Both the position numbers and the translations under genes were made by a program. This document shows positions 1 through 9,257 of a DNA stretch of 64,000 nt, piece by piece. The DNA is from a candidate division FCPU426 bacterium (GTDB lineage Bacteria > Oederibacteriota > Muellerivitia > Muellerivitales > Muellerivitaceae): contig CAVTWJ010000013.1 in the NCBI GenBank assembly GCA_963738405.1, positions 31,766-95,765 on the forward strand, read 5' to 3'. Each line of letters starts with the position of its first letter. Within the stretch, counting starts at the first letter, position 1. The notes under the pieces were generated by a model that saw only the letters and a program-made list of their open reading frames with translations, was not told where the DNA came from and did not search any database.

Positions 1-2184
1 AGAAGGCGGATTCGCGTCTTTTCCTAAATCCCTGATAAATTCCCCCGCGGTGTTATAAATCTTGAGTGAATAGGAGCCGGGGTAATAGTTGTACCCGACA
101 TATATGGAAAGCGGGGCCGAAGGAGAAGGCACGAAGACGTTTTGATTGACGTAAAAAATATCCTGAGGAACCAAGGTGGGTGTGGGGGAGAGTGTGACGG
201 TAGGACTTAACGTTGGCGTGAAGGTTTGGGTGGGGGTGGGGCTGTTCGTAGGAGACGAAGTCACGGTGGGGGTATTGGAAATAGTTGCGGTTGGGGATGT
301 GGTCGGGGTCAAGGTAGGGGTGAGAGTATTGGTGACAGTGGGTGTTGGAGTCACGGTCAGGGTGGGGGTTATTGTGGGAGTGTTGGTGTTACAGCCCGAG
401 ATGTTGGTCGTCACCGCGTTGGAAGTAACCGGTGGAGGGTTGTTGGGGGGCGAAGAGTTAATAACGGCCGCGTTGGTGATGGGGTTTCCGCAAACTCCCG
501 ACGTTCCATACCAGCTCACCGCCGAGGAAGCCCCGCAGGTGGATCCCACATTCCAGGAAACGACTCCTCCCGCCTGGGAACCGCCGTTGAATACGCCTCC
601 ATAGGTGACATTGGGGGGGACATTGTCGGTGACCACGGGGCTGTTGGCGCCCAACACGTTGAAGATTTTTAAATTGTCAAAAGACACCGGCCCGCGGTTG
701 GCCTGAAATCCGGCGATGCCCGCGGCGGTGGGGGCGTTAGGGCCTGTGTAGTTGATGTCCCAGGCGCCCGGCTCCAGTGTTCCCTGGGGCCAAACCTTCA
801 TCTCCACTTGGCCCGAACAAACCTGAATCTTGACCGAGTACCAAGCGTTTTTCTGTACATCCCCCATATTTGGGGGTGATTTCCAAGCGATTTGGGAATT
901 TCCGCCATTGACGCTTTCATCGAAGGCAAGCACGTTACTGCTGGCGTTGTTCCCTCCCTTCTGGCCGGAAATGCGGGCCTGGTAAACATAGGTCACACCA
1001 GCGGCGACATTGATGTTGAAGTTAAAGACGGCATCAAAATTGTTGCAATCATCGGAGGAAACCAGCATGTCCACGGTATAAACCCCGTTCAAGATGGGCG
1101 TGGGCATGTCGCTGATGTACAAATAGGGGTAAGTACTGAGAATGGAGCAGGGCTGGGTTTGCTGCAGGTATCCACTCGCGGCGATCCAGGTGCCGCCACT
1201 GGTCGCCCAGGTACCTGGTATCATCCCGTTGTCGAAATTTTGGAACTCCACCATGTCTAGCCCCGTGTTGGTGTAGTTGATCACGTAGGTTATGGGGCTG
1301 TTCGCGGCCACGGTGGCGGGCGCGCTTTTCAAGATCGTTAGCCCAGGTTCGGAAACTGTTACCAAGGCGGGGTTGGACCCCGTGGAGGGAACTTCCGAAC
1401 TTGATCCAAAAGCTTGATTTGATATGACCTGACCTACGGTTCCGGAGGTAAGAGTACACAGAACCGAAACGAAACCTATTTTGGGCGTAGAAATATTGCC
1501 AAGGTTCCAGGTGATATTGTTTCCTACCTTGGTACCGCCCTCGTAAATTTGTGACACCGCGAAATTGGCGGGGATAGAGTCAGTGATCACGAAATTGGTG
1601 ATATTTCCAGCGTTGTAATTAATGGTAAAGAGCACCATGTCGCCCACATTGGCGGATGAACCTTCCGCAACCTTATTGAGGGTGATATAGGGAGGTGGAA
1701 GTGGAACGGTAAAAGAAACGCTCGTTTGGTAATCTATCGTGGGGTTAGGGTTCATATAAGCGCCCCCGCTCGCCCTCATCGCAACGATCACGTAATAGGT
1801 GAGGCCTGGCGTCAAGCCGGAAGGAACAGTCACCGTTGTGCTGTAGTTGGTACTAGTGGTGTTAGCGGGTCCGACATAACAGCCCCCGCCGACAGTTCCG
1901 GTCTCAGGCGCACATCCATCCCCCAATACGACCCATTGGTTTGCGGTACCGGCGGCCTGCAGGGTGTTGGAACTGCTGATGGCGACAATGGCATCGGGGT
2001 TGGTTCCGGAAAAGCTCGGAATGGTATAGGTCCAAGAGACCGTAATATTTTGGCCGGGGGAAGGAGTCGAGGGGGAGATGGTCAAATTGGTGATCGAAGT
2101 GACGGTTTGCTGGGAGAAAGAAAAACCGCAGGTTAAAATCCAAAAACCAAGGACTTTCAAAACGTTTTTATGGATTGGGTTCAT
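1..2184 (-). CDS. Secreted multidomain protein with DUF11-like/lectin-like modules, a Thr/Pro stalk and an FlgD/T9SS-like C-terminal domain; truncated at the window edge
   Basis: Absent from the ORF track because it has no stop in the window. ATG at 2184 reads MNPIHKNVLKVLGFWILTCGFSFSQQTVT. In-frame spot checks give GIAGFQANRGPVSFDNLKIF, a TPT stalk and DIFYVNQNVFVPSPSAPLSIYVGYNYYPGSYSLKIYNTAGEFIRDL. Confidence 0.85.
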   Translation of the reverse strand, partial: MNPIHKNVLKVLGFWILTCGFSFSQQTVTSITNLTISPSTPSPGQNITVSWTYTIPSFSGTNPDAIVAISSSNTLQAAGTANQWVVLGDGCAPETGTVGGGCYVGPANTTSTNYSTTVTVPSGLTPGLTYYVIVAMRASGGAYMNPNPTIDYQTSVSFTVPLPPPYITLNKVAEGSSANVGDMVLFTINYNAGNITNFVITDSIPANFAVSQIYEGGTKVGNNITWNLGNISTPKIGFVSVLCTLTSGTVGQVISNQAFGSSSEVPSTGSNPALVTVSEPGLTILKSAPATVAANSPITYVINYTNTGLDMVEFQNFDNGMIPGTWATSGGTWIAASGYLQQTQPCSILSTYPYLYISDMPTPILNGVYTVDMLVSSDDCNNFDAVFNFNINVAAGVTYVYQARISGQKGGNNASSNVLAFDESVNGGNSQIAWKSPPNMGDVQKNAWYSVKIQVCSGQVEMKVWPQGTLEPGAWDINYTGPNAPTAAGIAGFQANRGPVSFDNLKIFNVLGANSPVVTDNVPPNVTYGGVFNGGSQAGGVVSWNVGSTCGASSAVSWYGTSGVCGNPITNAAVINSSPPNNPPPVTSNAVTTNISGCNTNTPTITPTLTVTPTPTVTNTLTPTLTPTTSPTATISNTPTVTSSPTNSPTPTQTFTPTLSPTVTLSPTPTLVPQDIFYVNQNVFVPSPSAPLSIYVGYNYYPGSYSLKIYNTAGEFIRDLGKDANPPS

Positions 2185-2359
2185 TTATTTCTCGTTAAAC
2201 CTTAAAAGACGAATTTCTCCCCCGTTGATTAAAAGTATGCCACTCTTTGGAAAAACCTACAAGAAAAAGCAAGGAATCACCATAAATACGCTTCCATGAG
2301 GATACAAAATTCTGATTTTGGGATGGATGATAGGAAATCAAGAGAACTGATAATTGAAT

Positions 2360-2382
2360 TTGTCCAAGCCGCCAGTGGACAA
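2360..2382. promoter_or_regulatory. Perfect 7-bp inverted repeat TTGTCCA-N9-TGGACAA, a possible operator
   Basis: Seen directly, 9 bp upstream of the 2392 start in a divergent intergenic region. Confidence 0.3.
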
Positions 2383-2391
2383 TGAACATCC

Positions 2392-3240
2392 ATGAAAAGC
2401 TTTCTCCCTATGCGATTTTTTACCTCGTTTTTTTTACTGTTCGCGGCTTCCACCCTCTTAGCTGACCCTGCCTCGGACCGAGCCGAGGCTCCGCATCTTA
2501 AAGTTCGATTGGTGTGTGGCCAAACCGCCCTCATTCCGGGTCAAACTGCCCTCGTTGGCGTCTATTTTCAAATGCAGAAGGGCTGGCATCTTTATTGGAA
2601 AAACCCGGGGGATTCGGGCCTACCGCCCTCAATCAAATGGACCCTTCCACCTGGTTTCAAGGCCGGTGATTTGAAGTGGCCCATTCCGGAACGTATCAAG
2701 ATCCCCTCCCTGACCGATTTCGGCTACCTGGATCATTTGCTTTTGATGGCGCCCGTCCATGTTCCGGCAGGACTGAAGGAAGGAATGGCAGTGACCCTGA
2801 AGGCTGAGGCCCGGTGGCTGGTTTGCAATGAGGAATGTATTCCTGGCCAGGCGGTTTTAAACCTGTCCCTGCCGGTTCGACAAGAAGTCGGTGAGGCGGC
2901 ATCCAAGGACCGAGATCTTTTTACCGAGACGAAGGCTCTTTTGGCCAACCCTCTGCCCCTGGATTGGACGTCTAAAGGGAGTGTTGACCGGGATGGAATG
3001 GTACTGCAGTTCAAAACGGGCGCCGTGAAAATTTCAAACGCTGATTTTTTTACCCTTGATCCAAACGTTTTGGATTATGAAACCGATCCGGTTTTTAAGG
3101 CGGGACCATCCTCTTTCAGCCTGAAACTTAAAAAATCGGACCAGCTTCTCCAGATGCCTGCGGAATTGAAGGGTCTTTTGGTGGTAAATGATTCCAAGGG
3201 CCGTAAAAGCGGTTATTGGACGGACATTAAGTTGAAATAA
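2392..3240 (+). CDS. Protein-disulfide reductase DsbD N-terminal domain protein (periplasmic)
   Basis: Signal peptide; GWHLYWKNPGDSGLPPSIKWTLP and WLVCNEECIP motifs. Confidence 0.85.
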   Translation: MKSFLPMRFFTSFFLLFAASTLLADPASDRAEAPHLKVRLVCGQTALIPGQTALVGVYFQMQKGWHLYWKNPGDSGLPPSIKWTLPPGFKAGDLKWPIPERIKIPSLTDFGYLDHLLLMAPVHVPAGLKEGMAVTLKAEARWLVCNEECIPGQAVLNLSLPVRQEVGEAASKDRDLFTETKALLANPLPLDWTSKGSVDRDGMVLQFKTGAVKISNADFFTLDPNVLDYETDPVFKAGPSSFSLKLKKSDQLLQMPAELKGLLVVNDSKGRKSGYWTDIKLK

Positions 3241-3262
3241 AAGAGAGCTAAGGAGAAGGACG

Positions 3263-3889
3263 ATGAATAAGAAGATGAGCTGGCAAGGAATGCTATTGGG
3301 CTGTTTCATACTCGTTGCGTCGCAGTCTCAGGCCGTGACGGTGGGCAGCAAGGCGCCGGATTTTACCTGTCAGGACAGCATGGGAATCACCCAGAAGCTC
3401 TCGAACTACAAAGGCAAATACGTCGTTTTGGAATGGCACAATCAGGACTGTCCCTTCGTGAAAAGCCAATACCAGGGAAAGATGGAAAAACTCCAGCAGA
3501 TCTGGACGAAAAAGGGAGTGGTTTGGTTTTCCGTCATTTCCTCGGCACCCGGAGCGGAGGGTTCCGTAACGGCCGATATGGCCAACCAGGACGTGAAGAG
3601 TCACGGGGCCTTTCCGACCGCCACCCTCATGGACCCTTCTGGAACGGTTGGACATCTCTACGGGGCCAAGACGACGCCCCATATGTTCGTCATCGATCCC
3701 AAAGGCAGGTTAATTTATAACGGTGCCATTGATAACGCGCCCTTGGAAGATGAAATGTCCTCCCAAAACAAGGACGGTCAGCCCTATGTGAATTATGTGG
3801 ACCAGGCCCTCACCCAAGCCCAGGGTGGACAAAAGGTCGCTGCCCCATCCACCGCGCCTTATGGTTGTCATGTGAAGTACAAAGACTAG
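3263..3889 (+). CDS. Redoxin (AhpC/TSA, thioredoxin-fold) family protein, exported
   Basis: APDFT..LSNYKGKYVVLEWHNQDCPFV, YGAKTTPHMFVID..LIYNGAID and a C-terminal YGCHVKY; RBS AGGAG. Confidence 0.9.
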   Translation: MNKKMSWQGMLLGCFILVASQSQAVTVGSKAPDFTCQDSMGITQKLSNYKGKYVVLEWHNQDCPFVKSQYQGKMEKLQQIWTKKGVVWFSVISSAPGAEGSVTADMANQDVKSHGAFPTATLMDPSGTVGHLYGAKTTPHMFVIDPKGRLIYNGAIDNAPLEDEMSSQNKDGQPYVNYVDQALTQAQGGQKVAAPSTAPYGCHVKYKD

Positions 3890-4641
3890 ATCTTCAGGAA
3901 GTTTTCAAGCCAGCGAAGAAAGGATGGGGGGGAGGGGAATCGCAGGTCCACATCCTTGTTCGGAATGCGGTCACCCACGGCGATTTTAAGGCCTTTTTTG
4001 CCCACAACTCTCATAGCCAAAAGATCCGCTCGGTCGTCTCCGGCAATAATAGGGAGATAGCCGGGATAAGCCTTGAGAATCCGTTTTACCGCCTTGGCCT
4101 TGCTAAACCCCTTGGGCAAGGCCTCGATCATTTTCTTTCCAGGGTGAATCTCCCAAGCTGTGATCGTTACCGCCTTTTTAAATCTTTTTCGATATTCCTG
4201 CCAAATAGCCCTTTCCTCCCTGGTTTTTAATCTTAAACCCCGGTAATGCAGGGCTGAGGAAAAAGGCTTCTTTTCTATATGAATACCGGGGAAGAGGCGG
4301 GGCATATCTTTTACCGCTTTCCATAATAGGAGTGCCTCCCGGCGATAACGGGATTCCTGCTGTCTCAAAGTGAATCGGATGCCGTGTGGAAGACGGTCCG
4401 CCTCGAAACCGTGGGACCCAGCGATGGAAATGTTTTTGAGGCCTGAAACTCGTCTGAGGGATGCCGCATAGCGGCCGCTGACTAGTATGACTGGGTACCT
4501 AGAAGCCAATCGACTCAGCATGGAACGGCTCTTGGGCGATAGGTTCGATTTTTCCGGATCGTGGGTAAAATCGGCAAGGGTACCGTCGTAATCCAATAAA
4601 AATAAAATTTTTGGAGCGTTCGAGGGGGGAGAATTTCTCAA
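3886..4641 (-). CDS. otsB: Trehalose-6-phosphate phosphatase (HAD IIB)
   Basis: LDYDGTL, VSGR, GSHGFE, EKKPFSSALHYR, GKKMIE and GDDRAD motifs; the TTG start overlaps the upstream TGA. Confidence 0.9.
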   Translation of the reverse strand: MRNSPPSNAPKILFLLDYDGTLADFTHDPEKSNLSPKSRSMLSRLASRYPVILVSGRYAASLRRVSGLKNISIAGSHGFEADRLPHGIRFTLRQQESRYRREALLLWKAVKDMPRLFPGIHIEKKPFSSALHYRGLRLKTREERAIWQEYRKRFKKAVTITAWEIHPGKKMIEALPKGFSKAKAVKRILKAYPGYLPIIAGDDRADLLAMRVVGKKGLKIAVGDRIPNKDVDLRFPSPPSFLRWLENFLKI

Positions 4642-5600
4642 GGAATCAGGACAATCTTTCCAAAGGCTCCGGGGGACATCACTTCCACGTGAGACTGTGA
4701 GGCTTCCGAAAGCGTGAATTCTTTTCCTACTACGGGCTTTAGGGAACTATTGGCAAGGCCGCGTCCCAGATCCTCGTGAATTTCCCGCAAATCTTCGGCT
4801 GTCGCGTTGAAAAGAGTCATCCCTAAAATACTAGCGTCCCGAGACATGGCATCCCGGGGGTTGATCTCCACGGGTCCCCGGCTTCCGATAACGACCACCC
4901 TTCCGAATTTGGAAAGATAGGTAAGGTCTTTTCCCAAATTGATATTGGCCAGCATTTCCAAGATTATTTGAACACCCTTGCCCAAGGTTATTTCCAAGAG
5001 CTTTTTTGCGAATTCCGGATCATGGTGGTTGAGAGCATGGTGGGCGCCGGAGGTTTTTACCAGTTCCAAGCCCTTTTCCGTGCCGGCGGTTCCAATGACT
5101 GTTAAGCCTGCCCTGCGTCCCAGCTGTACGGCGGCGGTTCCTACCCCTCCGCTGGCCCCGTGGACCAGAAGGGTTTCACCGGGCTTGGCCTGGGCCCTCT
5201 TGAAAAGAGACTGATGGGCGGTGCCGTAGGGAACGCCCAAGGCTGCGCCCTGGGAAAAGGTGACTTTTTCAGGTAGGGGATGGACGTTGCTTTCCATCAC
5301 CAGGGCGTACTCCGCGTAGGAACCGCTGAGGGCGGCATTGAAGTAAACCCGATCGCCCATCTTGTAAAGAGAAACGCCTGTCCCCACGGCCTCCACAATG
5401 CCGGCCCCATCCGCACCGGGCGTGTAGGGAAGGGAGGGTTTAGAGGCGTAGGTGCCGGCCCGCACGTAGGCTTCCACCGGGTTGACCCCGGTGGATTTTA
5501 CCCGCACGAGGATCTGTTCCTGCCCAGGTTTTAAACCATCCGTCTCCTCGATTTTCATGACCTCGGGGCCGCCGAATTCACTAACCCGAATGGCTTTCAT
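4638..5600 (-). CDS. NADPH:quinone oxidoreductase (MDR/zeta-crystallin family)
   Basis: MKAIRVSEFGGPEV, GVNPVE, TPGADGAG, LVHGASGGVG and GKIVL; start at 5600 chosen from the AGGA RBS. Confidence 0.9.
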   Translation of the reverse strand: MKAIRVSEFGGPEVMKIEETDGLKPGQEQILVRVKSTGVNPVEAYVRAGTYASKPSLPYTPGADGAGIVEAVGTGVSLYKMGDRVYFNAALSGSYAEYALVMESNVHPLPEKVTFSQGAALGVPYGTAHQSLFKRAQAKPGETLLVHGASGGVGTAAVQLGRRAGLTVIGTAGTEKGLELVKTSGAHHALNHHDPEFAKKLLEITLGKGVQIILEMLANINLGKDLTYLSKFGRVVVIGSRGPVEINPRDAMSRDASILGMTLFNATAEDLREIHEDLGRGLANSSLKPVVGKEFTLSEASQSHVEVMSPGAFGKIVLIP

Positions 5601-5680
5601 GCGCATTCCTTCATGCTTCGGAAATTTGGGAGTCATGATAAGCCCTTCAAGAAGCGGGCCTCAAGGGTTGTCATGGCTTG

Positions 5681-5869
5681 TTAATTAATCCCAATTGGAA
5701 AGGTTTGAAAATAATGGTCGAAAAAGTGGGGTACTGTTCGGTTGGAACCCGGCCCAGTTTGCGCGTTCTTTCCGCCCTTCCATTCTTCCAAAAGCGCCTT
5801 GAGTTCAATAGGCGCCAGGGTTTCGAATTCTTGTTTTGTGTCCGCTTCTTGAATTTGAGTGTTTTCCAT
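5681..5869 (-). CDS. 62-aa small protein resembling a leader-plus-core peptide
   Basis: RBS GAGGGAG six nt before the ATG at 5869. Sequence MENTQIQEADTKQEFETLAPIELKALLEEWKGGKNAQTGPGSNRTVPHFFDHYFQTFPIGIN. Confidence 0.55.
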   Translation of the reverse strand: MENTQIQEADTKQEFETLAPIELKALLEEWKGGKNAQTGPGSNRTVPHFFDHYFQTFPIGIN

Positions 5870-6074
5870 TTGTATCTCCCTCTTATGCGCCATATTTGAC
5901 GAACAATAAGAAACTGCCCGGCAAATATCAATGATGGCGGGAACGTCTGGGAAACATGTGGAAAATGAGACTGGGAAACGATTATAGGACTGCAACTTTT
6001 TCAAAGGGGCGTTCGTCTTATCTAACGGGAAGTAAATGATCCCAAATAAAAAAGAAGTCACTTGGAGGACTTAA

Positions 6075-6263
6075 ATGAAAAAGTTAATGGTCGCTTTGAT
6101 GGCAGTATTGTTCCTGGGCAGCACCACCTTGGTGATGGCTCAGACTCCGGTTCCGGCTGCCGCTCCTGCCGCGAAGTCGCACAAGTCTAAGAAGCACATG
6201 AAGAAAATGAAGAAGACCGCTGCTTCCGCGCCGGCCGCTTCGACCACGCCAGTCGCGAAGTAA
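6075..6263 (+). CDS. Small secreted Lys/Ala/His-rich protein (Asr-like composition)
   Basis: GGAGG RBS, a signal peptide, a basic low-complexity mature part and a downstream terminator. Confidence 0.8.
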   Translation: MKKLMVALMAVLFLGSTTLVMAQTPVPAAAPAAKSHKSKKHMKKMKKTAASAPAASTTPVAK

Positions 6264-6310
6264 GTTCTCTTCTTGAAGTTCATGTAAACCGCCCCCTGGA
6301 CGGTTTACCG

Positions 6311-6347
6311 GCCCCCGGACCCTGATGGGTTTCGGGGGCTTTTTTTT
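6311..6347 (+). terminator. Rho-independent terminator
   Basis: GCCCCCGGA...TTCGGGGGC stem followed by T8; a second hairpin GTAAACCG/CGGTTTAC lies at 6284-6308. Confidence 0.85.
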
Positions 6348-6422
6348 AACATGATTTTCTTGGAGCTGAATCCCATGGGCCGTTAAAATGCGGGTATGCG
6401 GGAAGTTCGTATTTAATTATTT

Positions 6423-7865
6423 TTGAGGTATTCCTTGGTTCTTCCTATCCGCCTTTCGTTTTTCGCGGCCCTTCTGTTTTTATCAAATCTTGCGGTAAGC
6501 GCTTTTGCGGCGACCTCCAATGATTACTATCAAGCCGGTTTAAGCCTCTATAACCAAAAAAATTACCTCCAGGCGGTCCAATATTTCAGCGCGGCGGTTC
6601 AGTTGGATTCCAACAACGCGGCGGCATTGCAGGGTAGGGCCAATTGTTATTACGCCCAGGGAAACTATTCTGCGGCCTTAGCGGATTATCAAAAAGTCCT
6701 GGCTCAAAACCCCAACAACGCCCAGCTTTCCCAGTTTGTTCAAGCACTCCAAGCCAAGGTGGGTGCCGCTCCCACTTCCCCCGCCGCCCCGCCGCTCCCT
6801 GGCGCTAGCGCCGGTGACCCGTTCGCCCAAGGTGTCGCTCTTTATGGACAAAAGCAATACCAAACCGCCATACCCTATTTTCAGCAGGCCGCCCGTTTGG
6901 ACCCCAATAATGGCAAGCCCAACTATTATCAGGGAATCTGCGAAGTGATGACGGGAGACAATCGGGATGGCGCACTGGATTTATCCCTTTCCAACCGGAA
7001 GGAGCCTAGCCCCGGTCTTGCCAATTACGTCAATCAATTGATGGCCCGTTTATCGCCGGATGACCAGCAGTGGGTGAACGGTCAGCTGGCGGCCGCTCAG
7101 AGCGCTTCAGCGGGGTCTAAGTCTTCCGGAGCTATGGGAATTTCCAAAAAATTCGGCATCCGGCTGGAACCCGATTTTTCTTTAATCACTATGGCGGATT
7201 TACAGGCTGAAACCGCCGCAGGGTTAGCCTACGGCAAATTCCTTCAGCAAAATAGCGACCCCAGTACCAGCTACAACGCTTCGGTACCATCCGGTTTTGT
7301 GAACATAGCCTTTGAGCCGGTTTATGAACTGGGCCCCGAACTGGAAGTGGGTCTTCCGGTCATCTATTCAAACGCAGGTTCGGCGGGTGAAACGCTCACT
7401 TCCGGCGGCGTAACCACCATTAACAGCATAACGATTACCGCCATTTGCATTGGGCTTGACGCACGGTACTTTTTCGTTCAAGACCCCTTAAGGGTTTATG
7501 TTGGAGGCGGTCCCATGATCGCATTGGGATCGGCCAGCGTTTCTTCCACCCTCGCCAATTCCGGCGGGGCCGGCACGGGCATGGCCTTTGGAGGGGAGAT
7601 TCAACTGGGCGCGGATTACAAGTTGGACCCGAGTATTTCGATCGGCCCCTGGCTGGGTTACCGCCTCCTGACTTTCAGTTCCTTTTCCGGAACCTCCGGT
7701 GGACAAAGCGGGGAATTGTATATCGCTCAAAACCTGTCATCCGGAAGCACCAATTGGCCGATTATCACGGGGGGAGCGGCGAACCTGACTTCTCAATACT
7801 CCCGCCCCCTGCAAGTGGATCTGTCCGGATTGTTCTTCGGCCTTCAAGTGGCGGTCATGTTGTGA
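6423..7865 (+). CDS. TPR-repeat protein with a C-terminal outer-membrane beta-barrel
   Basis: Signal peptide and two TPR clusters (YYQAGLSLYNQKNY, FAQGVALYGQKQY). Alternating beta-strands follow (GLDARYFF, VYVGGG, QLGADYKL, LFFGLQVAVML). Confidence 0.75.
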   Translation: MRYSLVLPIRLSFFAALLFLSNLAVSAFAATSNDYYQAGLSLYNQKNYLQAVQYFSAAVQLDSNNAAALQGRANCYYAQGNYSAALADYQKVLAQNPNNAQLSQFVQALQAKVGAAPTSPAAPPLPGASAGDPFAQGVALYGQKQYQTAIPYFQQAARLDPNNGKPNYYQGICEVMTGDNRDGALDLSLSNRKEPSPGLANYVNQLMARLSPDDQQWVNGQLAAAQSASAGSKSSGAMGISKKFGIRLEPDFSLITMADLQAETAAGLAYGKFLQQNSDPSTSYNASVPSGFVNIAFEPVYELGPELEVGLPVIYSNAGSAGETLTSGGVTTINSITITAICIGLDARYFFVQDPLRVYVGGGPMIALGSASVSSTLANSGGAGTGMAFGGEIQLGADYKLDPSISIGPWLGYRLLTFSSFSGTSGGQSGELYIAQNLSSGSTNWPIITGGAANLTSQYSRPLQVDLSGLFFGLQVAVML

Positions 7866-8054
7866 TTTTTGTTTCTGATTTGCCGGCCTAAAAGCGGTTT
7901 CATTCTCGTTTTATAAAATCTTTCAAATTTCTACTCTTCAATCGTTTTCATTTAAAAAAACAAACCTGGCTATGCCAAATCTTTACTGGAGGCATGGCCG
8001 CTTATCTGTGAATCTATCTGGTCAGATCTATAATGGAAATCCATCGAATGCATA

Positions 8055-9257
8055 GTGTTAGGGGCTTTGTCAATGAACGGAGTCGCAGGGTTGAGGACAA
8101 AAACCTTTCGGAACTTGTTTTTTTGTTTTTTAGGATTGGCGTTCTTTCCCGCTTATCTTGCGTGGGCCCAATGCCCCAATAATCCAATCCTCACACCTAC
8201 TTCTTGGCATGGGGCCGGAGTGACCGCTTCCTATAGCAACATCACTAATCTTTATACGGTCATTGGAAATGGAAACAATTCATTCGGACAAGGTGTTGAA
8301 ACCGGATATGCGGATTTGACTACTTTCCCTGGAAACGGCCAAATTCAGGCTGAGGTTACGAACATTACAGGAAACATAGGTTTTAATCTGGATGCCGCCG
8401 GTATCTTTATTCGGGGAAACAACGGTGCCGGTCCCGATGGAGGGCTTATATGGATTTGGGGTGCGGGAAGCAATCAATACCAGGTCGCTTCCAGGGTAAA
8501 GGATGGTCCCCTAACCCAACTTCAGTCCGGCCCCTGTTCATTGGCCTATTGGCTGAGAATTCAAAACTCTGGGAATGTTCTTTATCCGGCGGTTTCGACC
8601 GACGGCAGTACCTGGACGCTCTTGCCGGTCTTGGACATGACTTCCGACGCCGAATTTTCTGCGGGCAGCACCTTGGCCTACGGCTTGTTCGTTTGGAGTG
8701 GAAGCGTAAGTCAGCCGACCACTGCTGTTTTCGGCAATGTTTGTGTTAATAATTCGTTCACGCCCTATCCCACCTTAACCCCGGCGGTGACCCCGACCTG
8801 GACAACAACGCCAGCCCCTACGGGCACCTTTACAGTGACCTTTTCCCCGACTCCCAGTACCACGGGTTCCCCCACCGCTACTCCCAGTGGAACTTGGAAC
8901 TCTACCCCGACGGCGACCCGAACCCCTACCTTAACTTCGATTCCTACTGCTACCCTGTCGCCTACCCCTACTCCTCTTCCCCCGACGGGTGTCAAGGTTT
9001 GGCCCAATCCCTTTACTCCACAGCTTTCCACGAATAACGTGACCCATTTCCTTCTGGCTCCTGGTCATGGAGCCGGGCGGTTAATGGTCGCCAACCTGCG
9101 GAGGCGACAGATCCGTTCCTTTGATTTTGGACCGGGAGCGGATATCCAATGGGATGGAAGAGATAACGGCGACAACGTAGTTTCTTCTGGGGTCTATCTT
9201 TATCTTTTGGAATCGGATGGCACTGTGCGGCGGGGAACCGTTACCGTGATGCGATGA
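8055..9257 (+). CDS. Secreted lectin-like (ConA-type) domain, Thr/Pro stalk and FlgD/T9SS-like C-terminal domain
   Basis: Signal peptide AWA|Q; YWLRIQNSG..VSTDGSTWT; VWPNPFTP...QWDGRD...SSGVYLY...VTVMR. The start may be the ATG at 8073. Confidence 0.8.
   Translation: MLGALSMNGVAGLRTKTFRNLFFCFLGLAFFPAYLAWAQCPNNPILTPTSWHGAGVTASYSNITNLYTVIGNGNNSFGQGVETGYADLTTFPGNGQIQAEVTNITGNIGFNLDAAGIFIRGNNGAGPDGGLIWIWGAGSNQYQVASRVKDGPLTQLQSGPCSLAYWLRIQNSGNVLYPAVSTDGSTWTLLPVLDMTSDAEFSAGSTLAYGLFVWSGSVSQPTTAVFGNVCVNNSFTPYPTLTPAVTPTWTTTPAPTGTFTVTFSPTPSTTGSPTATPSGTWNSTPTATRTPTLTSIPTATLSPTPTPLPPTGVKVWPNPFTPQLSTNNVTHFLLAPGHGAGRLMVANLRRRQIRSFDFGPGADIQWDGRDNGDNVVSSGVYLYLLESDGTVRRGTVTVMR

Noticed and set aside
176..604. 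Val/Gly-rich ORFs (VGVGV...), also at 8765, 15670, 44597, 45275, 60948 and 61167
   Set aside because: These are antisense shadows of Thr/Pro codons in the stalk regions, not independent genes.
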